From Podarcis melisellensis (Eukaryota): 64,000 nucleotides of DNA. The DNA lies in assembly GCA_964234715.1 (NCBI GenBank), contig OZ174275.1; one strand, given 5' to 3'. A program made the translations under genes and the position numbers. A model generated the notes under the pieces. The model did no database searches, was not told the DNA's origin, and saw nothing but the letters and a program-made list of their open reading frames with translations. Positions within the stretch are counted from its first letter, which is position 1. Each line of letters begins with the position of its first letter. This document shows, piece by piece, positions 24,109 to 38,379 of the stretch.

Positions 24109-26489
24109 TATTCTGGAAGTAATTTCTGGATGACTTTGCTGTATACAACCAGTGCTGGGGATGGGGGATTATGAAGGTGCCAGTACTCCACTCTAGTGAA
24201 TATCATCACGCACAAAAATAACTGGATACAACCCAGCCAACCAAAGTCTATGCAGCTAGTGCACAGGGCTCCTTGCCACCTTGCTTTCAATGTAAACACC
24301 GAGGACGGCCATTTTGTGCCATACAGTTCTCTCTGGGAACAGTGGAACATTATCAAGTCCCATCACTTCCAGGGGGACTTCCTTTATGTGCACTGAAAGC
24401 AAAATTATGTCATTTACTGGCAATTCCTAATAAGTATTTGGGAACAACTGGTTTAAAAGGCACTGTAATGTTCTTTTGTGGTGAGGCTATAATTGCATTT
24501 TTTAAAAAGCAGTTTGCCATTTGCAATCATCTGAGTTAATATGAAGTATTTTCTGCTATCCAAAATGAATTGTTTTTTCTTTCCAAAGGTCACAGTAATC
24601 TTCTCTAATCTGTTTTGCGGGTCTGTGTCTTAACTCTTATCCTATATTCTGTATTCCTATCTCCAAAGTTTTCCCTTTGACGTCAGTGCAGCTAAACACT
24701 TGTTAATAAATATTGTATGGGATAAGCATCAATATACAAGTACTTCATTACCGTTATGTTTTAAAGCATGCTTTTGCATAATTCATGACATGAGATATAG
24801 ATTTTTTTTCCGGAGGCTGATCATTCTAATTAACCATGATATATGTTATTATTATATGCAATGATAATATCTGACTTACAAACACATTGAGAATTAATGC
24901 TACCCAAAAATCCATATATTTGCAACCATAAAGAGTCAACTTCACCAGTTTTTTCCCTCCTTCAGCTTGTTTTCTGTCCACTACTAATATTTAGCACCAC
25001 ATTTATCAGCTATGGGGTGCTAATTTTTTCCTCAATTAGTTTTTCTGTAATAAAAGAACCACATGGTACATTTCTCATGACTAACACGTCACTTTTAAGG
25101 CACATTCCCCCAAGAGCCTCACGCCTCCATCCCAACGCCTAGTGCATTGCTTAGCCAGCTTTGGGAAGGCAAGGCAAGGGTGGGGAGCGGTTGTGAAATT
25201 TTGAGCTTGCTCTCCCCCCCCTCCCTCCACACACGCAACAGGACAATGTGTAGCCCATGGGTTCCATGTTAAAGTACTCTTGCAGCCCATTTTGTATGAT
25301 AAGTTGGGTAGGCCTGTTCCAAGTGGTGCTGCTTGACTTTGACTGTGTGTTGAGGGCATTGATATGAGATTTCTGGAAAGTTTTGAATTTGCACAGGGTA
25401 ATTTGCATTGGGATTTTTTCCTGATGCCATAGTGTTAGCTAATTTAGCATGTCTATTTTACTTATATTTCATAAACAATGTTTTTTTTCTTTAAAAAAAG
25501 TGCCACATGTTCATTTTTTGCCCCAATACACAAGTATTTGGCCTAAAATATTTGAAAGGGGGAGGAATTAAAGCACATTTAATGTGGTTTAAATATTATA
25601 TTGGGTAGTATTGTTCATTGGAATGCTTGTAAAAATAAAGACAATAGCATGCCCTTCCCTTACATTGTTTAAATTTAAGGTAGTGGGGAAGATATTGAAC
25701 ACCACTCACACACTAAAGTTTGTTTTCGCAAACCCAACTGACAACCATTCTTCTAGCATCAATTAGCATCAATTCATTGTTACGAATGAGTTTATGAAAT
25801 GGAAAAAAGATTTCCAGGAAATTACCCCACATCACTGAAAGTTAAATTGCGTAAGTGTAACAAAGTACATTTCTGGCCCCCAGATCATTGTGGTCCCCAA
25901 GAATACAAAAACTGGCCATCTCTGATTTATAGCACTAGCTTATCTGGCTTCATCCTTCACTCTTGCTAAGCTATTCCCGCCTCTCTACCATTCCAGCACC
26001 AATATTGTGTCCTACTGTGAGGCCTAGTGAGATCTTCTTATATTTTATTTATTTTAATTGTACTTTAATCGTTATTTTCCTTCACCTGTTGCTCCAAAGC
26101 TTTAGGATAGCATTGCCTATGAATACAAGGAGTCAGCATTCCCTTTGAGACGCCACAGCTAAAATTAAGCAATTGCAGCAACCTTCCAGTTAGGCAACAA
26201 GTTTCCCGTATTTTGATCTTATTCTTCCTACCCTCCCCTACTCAACATACCCAGAGAAGTGAATGGCCTGCTTTTGCATGGTCAGGCACTTATACAAGGA
26301 CACTTTAAAAAACCCTTCATTCCTCTCCTGCCAAGAGTTATTTGCCAGAACAGCGCATACAAAAGTTTTCTTCAGTGCTTGTGGCCTGTCCTCTTTATTC
26401 AGCTCCCTGAATGTGTTCACACTGGCATTTTTCCTTCGCTGATCAGCTACACTGAACAGAAGCAACAGCCAAACAACTTCTTCACAGAA

Positions 26490-26880
26490 CAAACGTGGTG
26501 TATCTTGACATTGTCCCCCAAGATATTCTTGTGGAGAAGTTGGTAAAATGTGGGCTGGGCAAGGTAACTGTTAGGCGGATTTGTAGCTGGTTGACTGACC
26601 AGACCCAGAGTGCTCACTATAATGGTTCCTCATCATCCTTAGAAAAAGTGTCCAGTGGGGTGCTGCAGGGTTCTGTCTGGGCCTGTTGCTGTTCAACATC
26701 TTTAGATATGACGACTTGGATGAAGGAAGTGAGGGGGTGCTCATGAAATTTGCAGATGACGCCAAACTGGGAGTGGTAGCTAATGCCACAGAAGACAGAA
26801 TGGGGATTCAAGATGGCCTTAACAGATTGGAGAACTGGGCCCAAATTAACAGAATGAAATTCAATAGGGACAAATGTAAG
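26490..26880 (+). mobile_element. CR1 LINE reverse transcriptase fragment, frameshifted
   Basis: Pieces VPQDILVEKLVKCGL, VSSGVLQGSV and LFNIF...LMKFADDAKLG...FNRDKCK match CR1 RT motifs (F/YADD box). Confidence 0.9.
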
Positions 26881-27699
26881 GATTCCAACAACATCTAGGG
26901 GCCCCATCCCTGCAATACACCATAGGTGCTATTTCCCTTATAAAAAGCTGATGTACCTGTGTAAAAATGTAGATTTTATTGTCAGTTGTTAAATAATGCT
27001 GGTAGGGTATCAAGGATCAAAACGGCTCTCAAAGATGGCTGCGCATATAAGCAAGCCAAGCAGAAACTGGTCTTTGGCGCTGATAGAGCATCAGGTGCAA
27101 ATGGGAGTCAAGTCCGTAAGAGAACTATTTGGAAACAGTAATTTTGAAAACCCACCCGTGATTGCTCCCTTTCATTTTAGAAACAAAAGCTTTGTTTTAA
27201 ATGTGAAGGGTAAATTACTCTGTCATTTTAAAGTCTGGACTCTAGGAGAAAGATAATACGTATTCCTCACACAGACAGAACCGTCCAACAAGTATTGATT
27301 TTTGAGCAGCCTATATTCAAAATATTACTTGGTCACTCCTTCATGTACACTCATGGTTTTCAAATGTGTGACATTTGCTAAGCTGAAGTGTCATGGGCGG
27401 TTGTTAGGAAATAGTTCCTAATCCTTCCAGTATCCCTGTTTGAATGCTGCCCAAAGGGTTGAAACTGTGTAAACGTGCTGGCATCCAATGCAATGTCCCT
27501 ATATTTCACTGTGCTTCCTCCCCACTGTTTAAAAACTGTGCTCATATTACATGAAGACAAGAAGGAACCACTTCCCCTTACCTTTTCGGATGACCACTTA
27601 GCCCAGGGGTAGGGAACTTTTTTTTCTGGCAGGTGGGCAGAACCACCCATTGTCAGTCACCTGACACCAGGTGATGCTTCCCTTTGAAGCACCAATTGC

Positions 27700-27892
27700 T
27701 CCTGTTTTTCCAGAGTTCCCTGGGAAAAGGGACTGATCGCTAAACTACTCTGTGAATTGTACCTCTGTGAAGGGAACATGGGTCTCCGAGCAGCTCTCAG
27801 CACCCTCAACAAACTACACTTCCCATGATTCTTTGGGGGAAAGCCATGACTGTTTAAAGTGGTATGACACTGCTTTAAGTGTATAGTGCAGG
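27700..27892. mobile_element. Old MITE-like repeat related to the 9882 element
   Basis: AAACTACACTTCCCATGATTCTTTGGGGG motif resembles the right arm of the 9882 palindrome. Confidence 0.45.
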
Positions 27893-30680
27893 TCTTCTGA
27901 GAATCATCCCTGAGCCCAAGGGGTCGGAGCTTCAGGGACTGGAACATGGAGTCACAGGCCAAAGAACAATGTTTTAGAGGTCCCCTAGACAAATACATCA
28001 TATTATGATAAAACTGAATGCAACTGAATGCTCTCCCATATTAAAAATCCCTGCTAGAGATGTCAAAGTCAGTCTTTACCCTGATATACTCATTTTCTAC
28101 ATGTAGGAACATAACGTGCTTTTAATCGTAGTGTAATAACAGTGGTTTATGGCACCTAAGGAAAGCAAGGGAGATCAGAGGGGTTAAACTCACAATCCCA
28201 AGGGCAAAAACCTGGTAAGCATGCTAGGCTTAAGCTACTGAGCTACAGTGTACTGCGCTAGTCCTTAAATATATCTGTACCACCACTGCACATCCCCTAT
28301 ATCTGCTATCATGGAGGCACTGCCCATATCTGAGCCAATACATTGAAGTAAATGACTTTTAATTATTATGCTTCCAGTGTGGAGAACCACTATAGTAAAG
28401 TGCCTTCAGGGAGCCTTCGCTTGAGGGCTGCAATGCTCAAAATCTTAAGCTTCTTCCACACAGAAAATGTCGGCTTTCTGCATTAGTGCTGCTTGAAGAA
28501 ACTTCAAAAAACCCACAACCCAGTACCGAGCTGTTACCCAGAACTCTAACAAAGCTGCAAGCCAAAATAGTGCAGATTCATGCAAAGTGAGCGTGAAAGG
28601 CCACTGAACTCTGGGATTCTTTGAAGAATTACAGGATCCTGAGGGCTCTCTTACAGAGTCATTTGGAATCTAGGGATTTTGGTTCCAGCTCTTGATAAAA
28701 ATTAAATGTCTATAAAGGTAATAAGAGGGGATTTTTTAAAAAAAAGAAAAACCCTCTTACGTCCCAAAGCCAAGACAAACATTAATGCATTGTTACTGAG
28801 ACAAGCAAGGAGCTTTGCTAAAGCTAATGTATTTTAATAATGTTACAACCTTCCCAACTGCAAACAGACACAGTGAGAGAGACAATTTCAGCAGTGCTTT
28901 GCACCATTTTCATGCAGAGTTGGTTCCTTCGACAAGCAGAGAAGGTTTCATCACAATGAATCGTGCACTAAATAGCCATGCCTACCCCGCCAGATAAGAA
29001 TGAACGGACATGGAAGAGATCACTTCACTCCCCACTATACCAATGTCCACAGAAAGTAGAGTGTCTCGCAACGCACCCTCCATGGAATTGATGACTTGAT
29101 GGTTTAGGCGCTGTTTTCCTGTCTTGGTGCTGAACATGGGCACTGGATGGAATGATCAGTGATGCTCATGACAAACGTGTGGGCCACCCCTTCACAGGAT
29201 TCAAGGTCAACCAGCATTTGGTATGGGAAGGCCTTTGGTCCCGAAGGGCTATGAATTCACTGTGCTAATCTGTTGACCAGCTGTTGAGCAGTGTTTGACA
29301 ACACCAGAAGCTTTTCCGCTACCTGGGTGTGTTCCAATCACCAGTTACTTACTTAGCAACCAATGTGATGATGGCATCACGTTCCACAAACAACCTTTCC
29401 TGAAATCTTTTCTCTTTTATAACCAATATCCTCGAGACACGATCCTAGCATATCTGGAGATCCTAGCAGGATCTCAGATGCTTTGCTCTAAGTGTAAATC
29501 ATTTCCACGCAATACCATTAACACAACTGACAATTCTCAAGTAATACAGTAGTTAATAAATTTCACATTTAATGGCATCTCTCTGTGCGTTTCTCCTCGG
29601 AATTGACCCAAACCCCTCAGCACCAATGCTATGCCTGTGTTCAGCATTTACCAATATTCCACTCATCTGCACTGCAGTCATGCATGCATCTGTCTGTCAG
29701 CACAGGGCTTGCACAGCAGGTGCTCTGTACAGACAGAGGAGCAAAGTCAGCACAATGTGTCAGTCCTGTGTATGGGGGATTTTTGCTCTCCTGGCACTTC
29801 CACATCAATACTAAAACAGCAAATCAGGAGGGTAGGAGCTCTTTGTGAGATACGCCCCAAGCATTGCTAAGACATAAGAATCTGCGTGCTCTGTTAAGTA
29901 AACAAATTGCTCATTCAGAAGATGATGCTTTACCAAAATTACTCACTGAAAATCCTTTACAAGTCAAGTAAGGTACTATAGGCATCAGCATTCATTAGGA
30001 GGGCTGTCATTATGTCTTGTATTGATTTCAAAAGGCAAAGGTTGGACAAGTCAACTGTCACTCAGTAAAGGTACTCAATTTGGGAAAATGCCAAACTGGG
30101 AGAAAACTGTATAAGTTCTGGACCTCATAAAATCATTTTACACACCCTTTAACAAACTGTCTTCAACTTCAGGTTTTATATTTCAGTGCACTGTTTCTGC
30201 AGTGGCTGAGTTTGTGATTATGAAATGATACCCTTAGATGGAGTATTACACTGTCACAACCCAAGTCTTACTACGCAACCAAAGACTTACAAGAAGACAT
30301 AATATGGCAGGGAACATGGATTTCGGCATCCTAAGAATTTCAATATGTTTGTTATCAAAGAAAACACATAGCTTTGTTTTTGCACAGAGAAACTTCTAAT
30401 ATGCATTGGCAGCATCTGCCACAGGGAAGCTGACCAATGGGATCTTTGCAGGTACTGCTACAGGTTATAGGGAGCCAGAATAACATTCAGACTGCTTGGT
30501 TGTTGTAATAAATTTTACAAATTATGTGTGTGATTTTTATGGCATTATGCAAATTTAGCAACATCTGTGTACAACTACACCCAGCAATTGGGTTTTCCTA
30601 GTACAGAGTATCTGAAGACACAGTGGCAGAAACCTGAGGTGGAAAGGGCACCAGAAACCTCTTTTAGCAGGAAAAAGTAC

Positions 30681-30964
30681 CAGGGCCAGCCCTACCATTA
30701 GCCAGAGTGAGGTGATCACACCAGGCAGCAGATGCTTGAGGACTTATCAGCGGCAGCCCCCAGCCACAAGTTCCTCTGTTTGAAAGCAGAGTTGTATATG
30801 GCACACAGTCTATCCTACACCTTTTAAACTAGTCTGCTTCTCTTTGGTGTGGTGTGTGACACTGGCCTATTGCCAGTACTGAAGTAAAAAAAGGTAACTG
30901 CCAGCCCAGTCAGCTTTCTTCTTGTATTTTGCCTCAGGCAGCAATATGTTTTGAGCTGGTCCTG
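30681..30964. mobile_element. Old hAT-like non-autonomous element
   Basis: Termini CAGGGCCAGCCC / GAGCTGGTCCTG; TSD not clear. Confidence 0.45.
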
Positions 30965-32059
30965 ATGGGCACTTCCAAACAAAAATAAAATGCCAGTGTA
31001 GCACTAACTCATTCTAAATGAGCTAGATCTAGTCTAAGGGGCTGCCCAAGATAGTTTGCCACTTGAGGCCAAACACATTAGAGGTTGACTCTTATGTCAA
31101 CACTGGCATTGAGACAGCATTCTACACCACACCCAGGATAGCTCAGTTGGTGCTGAGCAGCTTGCGTTGCACACACAGATCAGCCCTCCACAATTTGCCA
31201 CCACTCCTTGCTTCCCCAAACTATCTGTCACCTGAGGCAGCTACCTCACTCTGCCTAATGGCAGAGCTGACTCTAATTCCCACAAATCTGATAACATTTC
31301 ACTTCTGCGCAGAAGATTTCACCTGCCCAGCCCCTTTCCACGGAAGAGCTCCTGCCACTGCTGAGTTCCTCCCTCAGAAAAAAAGGGCACGTGTGTATAA
31401 ACTAGTTTTAGAGCGCACCATTAATATTTTAATTAAATTCACTCACAGTGCAATCCTATGTACGTCAGCTCTGAAGTATGTCCCATTGCATTCAGCAGGG
31501 CTTGCTTCCAGGTTAAGTTGGTACAAGACTGTAGCCTCAGTTGCCACAACCCATCATTGTAAAGTCTTCTGGGCTTTGCAAGGACAGAGGGCATAAATGC
31601 TTTAGGAAGAGGAGGAGGAGGAGGAAAGAAAATACTCCATGGTTTCATAATCAGACGCTCCATTTCAATTAACTAAATTATGGGACTGTAAATAAAATAA
31701 TCCAGTCAATAATATGAGTCCATCATGTTGCATTAGCATCACAGGCTAAGTGAGTGATAACAGGGCACAGAATTAATCGGATGTGACAGGAAGCTGCAAC
31801 TGCAGCACCCTGATGAAGGCCCCCAAGCAGTATCCTTTTCCAGAAAGCCACTCAGCCCTAAATGAAACAACAACCTGGCCTGCAAAACTGTGACCTTAAC
31901 TAACATACGCAAGTGATTGCCAATACTTTTATTGAGGGGGGGAAGCTCAAGTGGCTTTCGGACTTTGTTTGTCAGTTCCAATCCCTGCTCCTGATGTGAA
32001 CACCATTTCTGTCTTTTAAAATGTTATTATGCAGTTTACTGCTTACAGAATGATGAGTT

Positions 32060-33030
32060 CATAAGAACATAAGAACCTCTGCTGGATAAGCAAAAGGCTC
32101 ATCCAGCTCAGGATCCTGTTCTCAAAGCAGCCAATCCGATGCTCATGGGAAGCCCACCAGCAGGACCTGAGTGCAGTAGCATTCTCCCACATGTGGCTCC
32201 AGCGACTGGTACTCAGAGGCATACTCTGAGGCTGGAGGCAGTACACAGGCATCTTGACTAGTAGCCATTCATATCCTTATCCTCCCATGTCTAATCTACT
32301 TTTATAGCCATCTCTACATCTTGCAGCACTGGATTCCAGAGTTTAAACACTTCCTTCTGTCAGTTCTGCATCTCCTAACATTTAGCTTCAATGGATGATC
32401 TCAAGAAAGAGGGAAGAAACTGGCTTCTATCCACTTTCTCAACACTATTCAGAACTTTATACACCTGTATTATGCCCTCGCCAGCGACACACCATTTTAT
32501 CCAAACTGAAAAGCCCCAAACACCATAATATTCCCTCGCAGAGTAGTTGCTTTAGCTCAGGCATAGGCAAACTCCAGCCCTCCAGATGTTTGGGACTACA
32601 ATTCCCATCATCCCTGACCAATGGTCCTGTTGGCTAAGGATGATGGGAATTGTAGTCCCAAACATCTGGAGGGCCGGAGTTTGCCTATGCCTGCTCTAGC
32701 GGCTTGATCATTTTGGTTGCCTTTTTCTGCACCTTTTCCCAGCTCTACGATGTCCTTTTTCAGGCGTGGCCAACAGAACAGAGCACAGTACACCAAGCGC
32801 AGCTGCACCATAGATATGATAATGGCAGTTTTGCAATCCGTTTTCTAATTATCCCTAATGTGAAACTTGCCTTCTCCACAGCTACAACACACTGGGTCAG
32901 CATTTTCATTGTGCCATCCACCACAACCCCAAGATCTCTTTCCTGGTCAGTCAAAGCCAGGTCAGTTCTCATGAGCATATATGGGAAGTTAGGGATTTTT
33001 GCCCCAGCGTGCATCACTTTGCACTTAACA
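32060..33030 (-). mobile_element. CR1 LINE 3' fragment with a nested MITE
   Basis: CATAAGAA repeat tail; ORF 32760-33083 has KCKVMH...QERDLGVVVD...QCVVAVEKASFTLGIIRK; ORF 32608-32811 has LKKDIVEL. Confidence 0.9.
32558..32693. mobile_element. Palindromic hAT-type MITE (same family as 20487)
   Basis: TIRs CAGGCATAGGCAAACTCC / GGAGTTTGCCTATGCCTG; imperfect TSD CTTTAGCT / CTCTAGCG. Confidence 0.9.
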
Positions 33031-35294
33031 TTGACTTTGCTACCCACAGGTGATTCTGCAGGCAAATATATTGCTGGCTCCATATTAAACCATAGTCTTT
33101 AAACTACCTGAGTGGCAAAAAGTACCATCAGGTAGTGCCTTTGCCTCCAGAAAAAATTCAATGAGGACATAGGTGATTTATACTGATAGAACATGCTGGC
33201 CTCTTTCAGACGTAATCTAAACTGCGGTTTCATGTTTTACAAGTGGCTGCATCAGAGAAGAGGCAGGGGAAGGGGGGCACACAAGCCCAAGGCTCTCTGA
33301 TGTAATGCTAAGCCAAGTCTAACATTACATCTGAACCAGATCATTGTGAAGGCAAGACCTAGTGAAATTCACACTAGGAAAGGTTTACAAATCTGAGCAC
33401 TAGAAAAGGCTGCCAATATATTTTATTGTTCCTGTGCATGCAATTTCTATTACATTATACATATATATATACATATATATAATGTATTGATGCACATCAT
33501 TTGATTTACTGCTTTAAAATGTGCAACTATATGATTAAGTAGGTCCTCCCCCAACATACAATGGGCATATGGAATTGTCATTAAAGGAGCTTGGTTTTTG
33601 TTTTTAAATCACCTTTCACAGGCTTGAACACAAAACAGAACTGACAAAACTTGTTGCACATATTTCTGTACCTTTTTTTCTTGTTTCCCCCTATTTGTGC
33701 TGACCTGTTGCCATTAGTGATTTCATATATATTTAAAACAATGGTCACCTGATCTTTGGAATCAATGAGATTATTTTTTTTAAAAAAAGGATTAATAGAA
33801 AACCATAGGCTTGCACAATGTAACAGAGGTCAGCTATTCATTTGTTTCCCCCAAAGAAGGGCCCATGAAAGTTCTTGTTCCTCAAAAGTCAACCTCTACA
33901 ATGCACACTACAGTGTGTTACTGCAGAAAACTGCCTGCAGAGCAACCTGATCCCAAGGCCAAAATATATATGACGTTAAATGCATATAAGATTTAGCATG
34001 TAAATATTAAAGACTTTGAAAATTAGGTTGGGGAAAGAATCAATACCACCGTGCATGAGTAGGGTTTTTTCCTTAATAATAATAATAAAACAAACCCTTT
34101 TCCCTGTGTGCCACAATCTGCAGAAACTGTCCCTATCCCCAAAGCTAATATTAGTCCTGAGAAAGAAGCTTTTATTTAGGTAAGAATTAAAAACTAATAC
34201 AGGTGTTACAAGGTTAAGAAATTAAGGAAAATTACAAGTTTTCCAAAGAAACAGATCTGGAGAAAGATTTCATTCCGACTCCATATATGGTAGTTAGACC
34301 TTAGCGATCAAAAGCTTTCCATTGAGACTGTGTATCAACGATCATCTCTGCTGCATAATAAAACCTATTGCCCCATTACTGCAATTCTTGATAGTATGAA
34401 GAGTTGATCTAGCATCAGTAGCTTGATAACTTTACCAACACAAGTAGGAAGGCAAAAGCCTCATTGAAGGGTGTAAGAAGCTTGTTCGGTGTTTTCCTAA
34501 TTACAGCCATTTCCTCTTGGGCTGCATAATTAAAAGGCAATAGGAAATTCAAACCAGATTACAAGCAATTAATAGTCTAGGCAATTTCACACACACAACC
34601 AAATAAACCTACAATTCACCCCCACCCCCCGCACATTTTTAGAAGAGTAGATGAACACATAATCAGATAGATATTCTTCAGGAGTGGGACACAGTGAAGG
34701 TCTCTCTCCAATAAATACTCTCAGACCAAAATATATGCATCTGCTGTAGCCATGCTGATCATACTTCTGGGGGTTTGTTTTCGCTCCTCTAAAGTACAGC
34801 TTTAAGAATGATGAAAACCTGCAAAATGTCCTCAGTATCATTGTATCCACTGATGGCTTTGGTTATATGCTTGGTGGCAAACCAGGGTTTGCATCTAACT
34901 GGGCATAAAAGTTGAGGGGTACAGAATAATGTTTAGTGTATGGCCCCAATAATTGGTAACCCACCTGTCCTTATCTGCATAAATCAGTCATCCAGTTAGC
35001 TATGCTTTATAAGGTGGCAAACTCTTTAGCTTGGCTTGCTCTGAATCACTCTTCTTTCAAACATTCTGTGCATCTCATTCACATTACTTTTCCCACCTTT
35101 GAGTAAATATGTTGATTTCTGAGTTTCCCATCACTTTGCTTTGGGGAAAAGATCGTAGTATGTTTTTCCTACATCAGCATATGCTTCCTCCAGCACGCAT
35201 ATTGCACTTCCCACTTCCATCTGTATGTGAGATGCCCCTGTCAGCAAGCCACATTAAAAGCAATGGTCCTAAAAGCTCCACAGCAGACCAAGTA

Positions 35295-35528
35295 CAGTGG
35301 TACCTCTGGTTACGAACTTAATTCGTTCCGGAGGTCCGTTCTTAACCTGAAACCGTTCTTAACCTGAGGTACCACTTTAGCTAATGGGGCCTCCCGCTGC
35401 CACCGCTGCACAATTTCTGTTCCCATACTGGGGCAAAGTTATTAACCCGAGGTACTACTTCTGGGTTAGCGGAGTCTGCAACACGAAGTGTTTGTAACCC
35501 GAGGTGTTTGTAAGCCAGGGTACCACTG
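35295..35528 (-). mobile_element. Tc1/mariner MITE family A copy 7
   Basis: TIRs, TA duplication, family A body. Confidence 0.9.
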
Positions 35529-38251
35529 TATTATTAGAAAATTGTGTTCACATTTTATAATTGGCATGCAAACTTGTATTTGTGCTGGCCTGTGCTAAAA
35601 AATAACAGCTTCAGCTTCCAGGTTCTCAAAGAGTGCAGAATATGGAATGCCACGTAAACAGAGACCCAGGTCAGACCCAGAAATAAGAGATATACAATTC
35701 TTTCAGAAGGATGACATGATGTGAGCTTGCCCATGCCATTTTCATGTGCACATTCCCTACACCCGCAGTTTAGAAGCAGTGGAAATGGCAATAACACAGG
35801 CTAATGCAGATATACCACAATGCCCGTCGGCCTTGGATTTGCAGCCTCAATACCTGCCAGGCTGCATCCCCATTCTTTAGAACGCACATAGGACATTGTA
35901 GTAATTATTTGAGGGGCATGTAAAGTTTAACTTTACAAGGTGCTCATTCTTGGTACAAAAAAGGGGGGGCACAGCTACCAAGGATGACCTCATTGCTATC
36001 ATCTGACACAAGTGAAAAGGTCTTTCACATCATCTGCTACCAAATTCTTCCCATTGGAGATGCCAAGGATTTAACTTGGGACCTTCTGCATGCCAAGCAT
36101 GTGCTCTCACTGAGCTATGGTACCTGCATTGGGAACAACAGCTGAGCTCTATGCAAGTGCAATGCCCATTCCAGAGAACAACCTCTCGCTATCCTGTGCC
36201 ATGCATTGTGTTATATCTAAAAGCAGTATCAGCAAAGATACAACTGGTACAAAGCATGATTGTTATTGAAGTTGTTACTAACGCTGCTTATAGGGCATTT
36301 TACCATGCCATGTCTTTCACAGGGCTCACCACAACCCCATGAGGTAGGCAAGGCTGAGTGATTCCTATGCAACAAATGATGCAGTGAAGGTGAGAATCTA
36401 GGACTTGCCTCCAAATCACCCCCGCAAGTCCATTTTTGACATGCTCTCCTCGACTTTTTGTTCCCCTCTTCTATGAGTGCCACAGCAAATAATGCAAAGA
36501 ACACCCAAGCCTGAAGGAACAATTGTGAATTAAATTTCTGCTGTGTAATTATAATTGAAGAGGTGTAGATTTGGCTTTGGCTGGTTATTTATAGATTCAC
36601 GTTGGAATTCTATTTATACTTGACATTTTCCAATAATCCAATGAAATAACTCCCCACAAGCATTCAAACAGATGACCTTGCCAATGCCTTCTGGGGCTTC
36701 AAATCCATATGTATAAAAGAAAGAGGGGAATATATTATGAATCAGAGTGGTGAAAGGAAAAATGAGTCACATCCTCCTGATTCAAAGGGTGAGATGCTAA
36801 AGCAGCTCTCTTTTCTTTCTTTAAAAAAAACACCACTTAAACTACCGTTACAAGAAGTATGAAATCAGCTATCCCAGATGGGGAAACAATCATCCAGAAA
36901 TGTACGCATTTTCTGCCCCACTGCTCTGAAAACGCTTAGCATTTTTGCCTACTACAGATGCTGAGCTGTCTCAATAATAGACTGGAAAGTGTTTGGATTT
37001 CCCTCAAATCTTTATAAAAGCAGGGGAAATCCTATTTTTCAATATATTCAACAGAAACAGTGCTTTTTGCATTGGTGAGTGCAGTATGGATGATCATGTA
37101 CTTAAACAACCCTTGCATGCAAATTTCCACAGGGAGGTGAAAATTCATCCTTTGTATAGTATCTACGTTTCACCTCTAGGGTGTTTTTTTAAAAAATTCA
37201 TACTTTCATTCATCCTATCATTAATGTTAGAAATCATTATTAATAAGAGGACAATAGGTACAACAAAAAGGCATGGTGAGTCGTCCCCAGATTGTAGGAA
37301 CAGTCTGTTGAGCATCAGACACAGCCAGGAAAGGAGTTAATGCATTTTGGAAGCAATGCCTTGCCTCTGCAATGTGACAATTCCGATATGGATGCAGCTC
37401 TGGCTGGCTGTTTGGCAGGTAACAGACCTAGTAGCAAAAGGATTGGGTATGTGTACCAGAGCAGATCCTCTGATAATGTAAGATGTGGTTTCTATTTATT
37501 TAATGATGTTCTTGACTTGCTATTTCAAGGGGGTGAGGGATGACCAGAACACAGGCAAATAAGAGAAGGCACTGCCTGCTCTCTAACCTCTTGTAGCTCT
37601 CCCTTTCACTCTACGCAGCCATTTGCCTTTGTAGCAAAGCCTATACTACAGCCCTGCAAGCTTGGGTCAGTATAGCCAGGTTTGCTTTGGAAACCAATTC
37701 CTTCCACGCAGTCTTTCTGAACAAAGCTATTCCTTTAATCACCCCCAAACTTCCACAAATCTGTCTTCTTATGGCAACTAGCTCCACTAATGAAATCCCT
37801 ACCAGACAAGGTATGGCAGAATGAGGATTTCTAAATAATAATCTTAATAAATTAAGCTATAAGTACATAAAATGTGGAGATACAATCACATGGAAAGGAG
37901 AAATGGATGCTAATTTGTAAGGAGAAAGAAAAACGTTCTGAGAAGGAACTCAAGGAGACTCTTAAATTGAATACTAAATGTGTGGTTTATGCAAGGTGGC
38001 AGCTTTTTCTTTCCCAGAAATCATTCTTAAAACCATGGCAGAGTCAAGAAGAAACAACCGGTGCATGATTGTGGAATCCCCAACTGACAAGTGGTTGCTG
38101 CAGCTTTGGTTCTGAGGCACCCCTTCCTTTTACACACGGTGGCCCTTATTTTAAATGGTTGTCTTCTTTTTTCCAGAACACCGCAGTCCCATAAACCACC
38201 ATGGATAGCCGGAACTCCAAAGAGCCCCATGCACAGTTCTCTGGTGTAGCC

Positions 38252-38295
<44 letters not shown>
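38252..38295. repeat. (TAT)n microsatellite
   Basis: About 14 perfect units. Confidence 0.97.
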
Positions 38296-38296
<1 letters not shown>

Positions 38297-38379
38297 AAAT
38301 TAAAATAAATCAGGCACCTTCACACAACGGGCACAAAACCGTGAATATCTGCATACAGAACTTAACCCTGCAAAAGCAC

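Noticed and set aside
31063-31596. 177-aa plus-strand ORF
   Set aside because: Non-ATG start, crosses decayed repeat fragments, no recognisable homology or splice context
110-35528. Recurring CAGTGGTACCTC repeats as a CRISPR-like array
   Set aside because: They are terminal inverted repeats of dispersed ~210-260 bp MITEs with TA duplications in a vertebrate genome; no repeat-spacer periodicity and no cas genes
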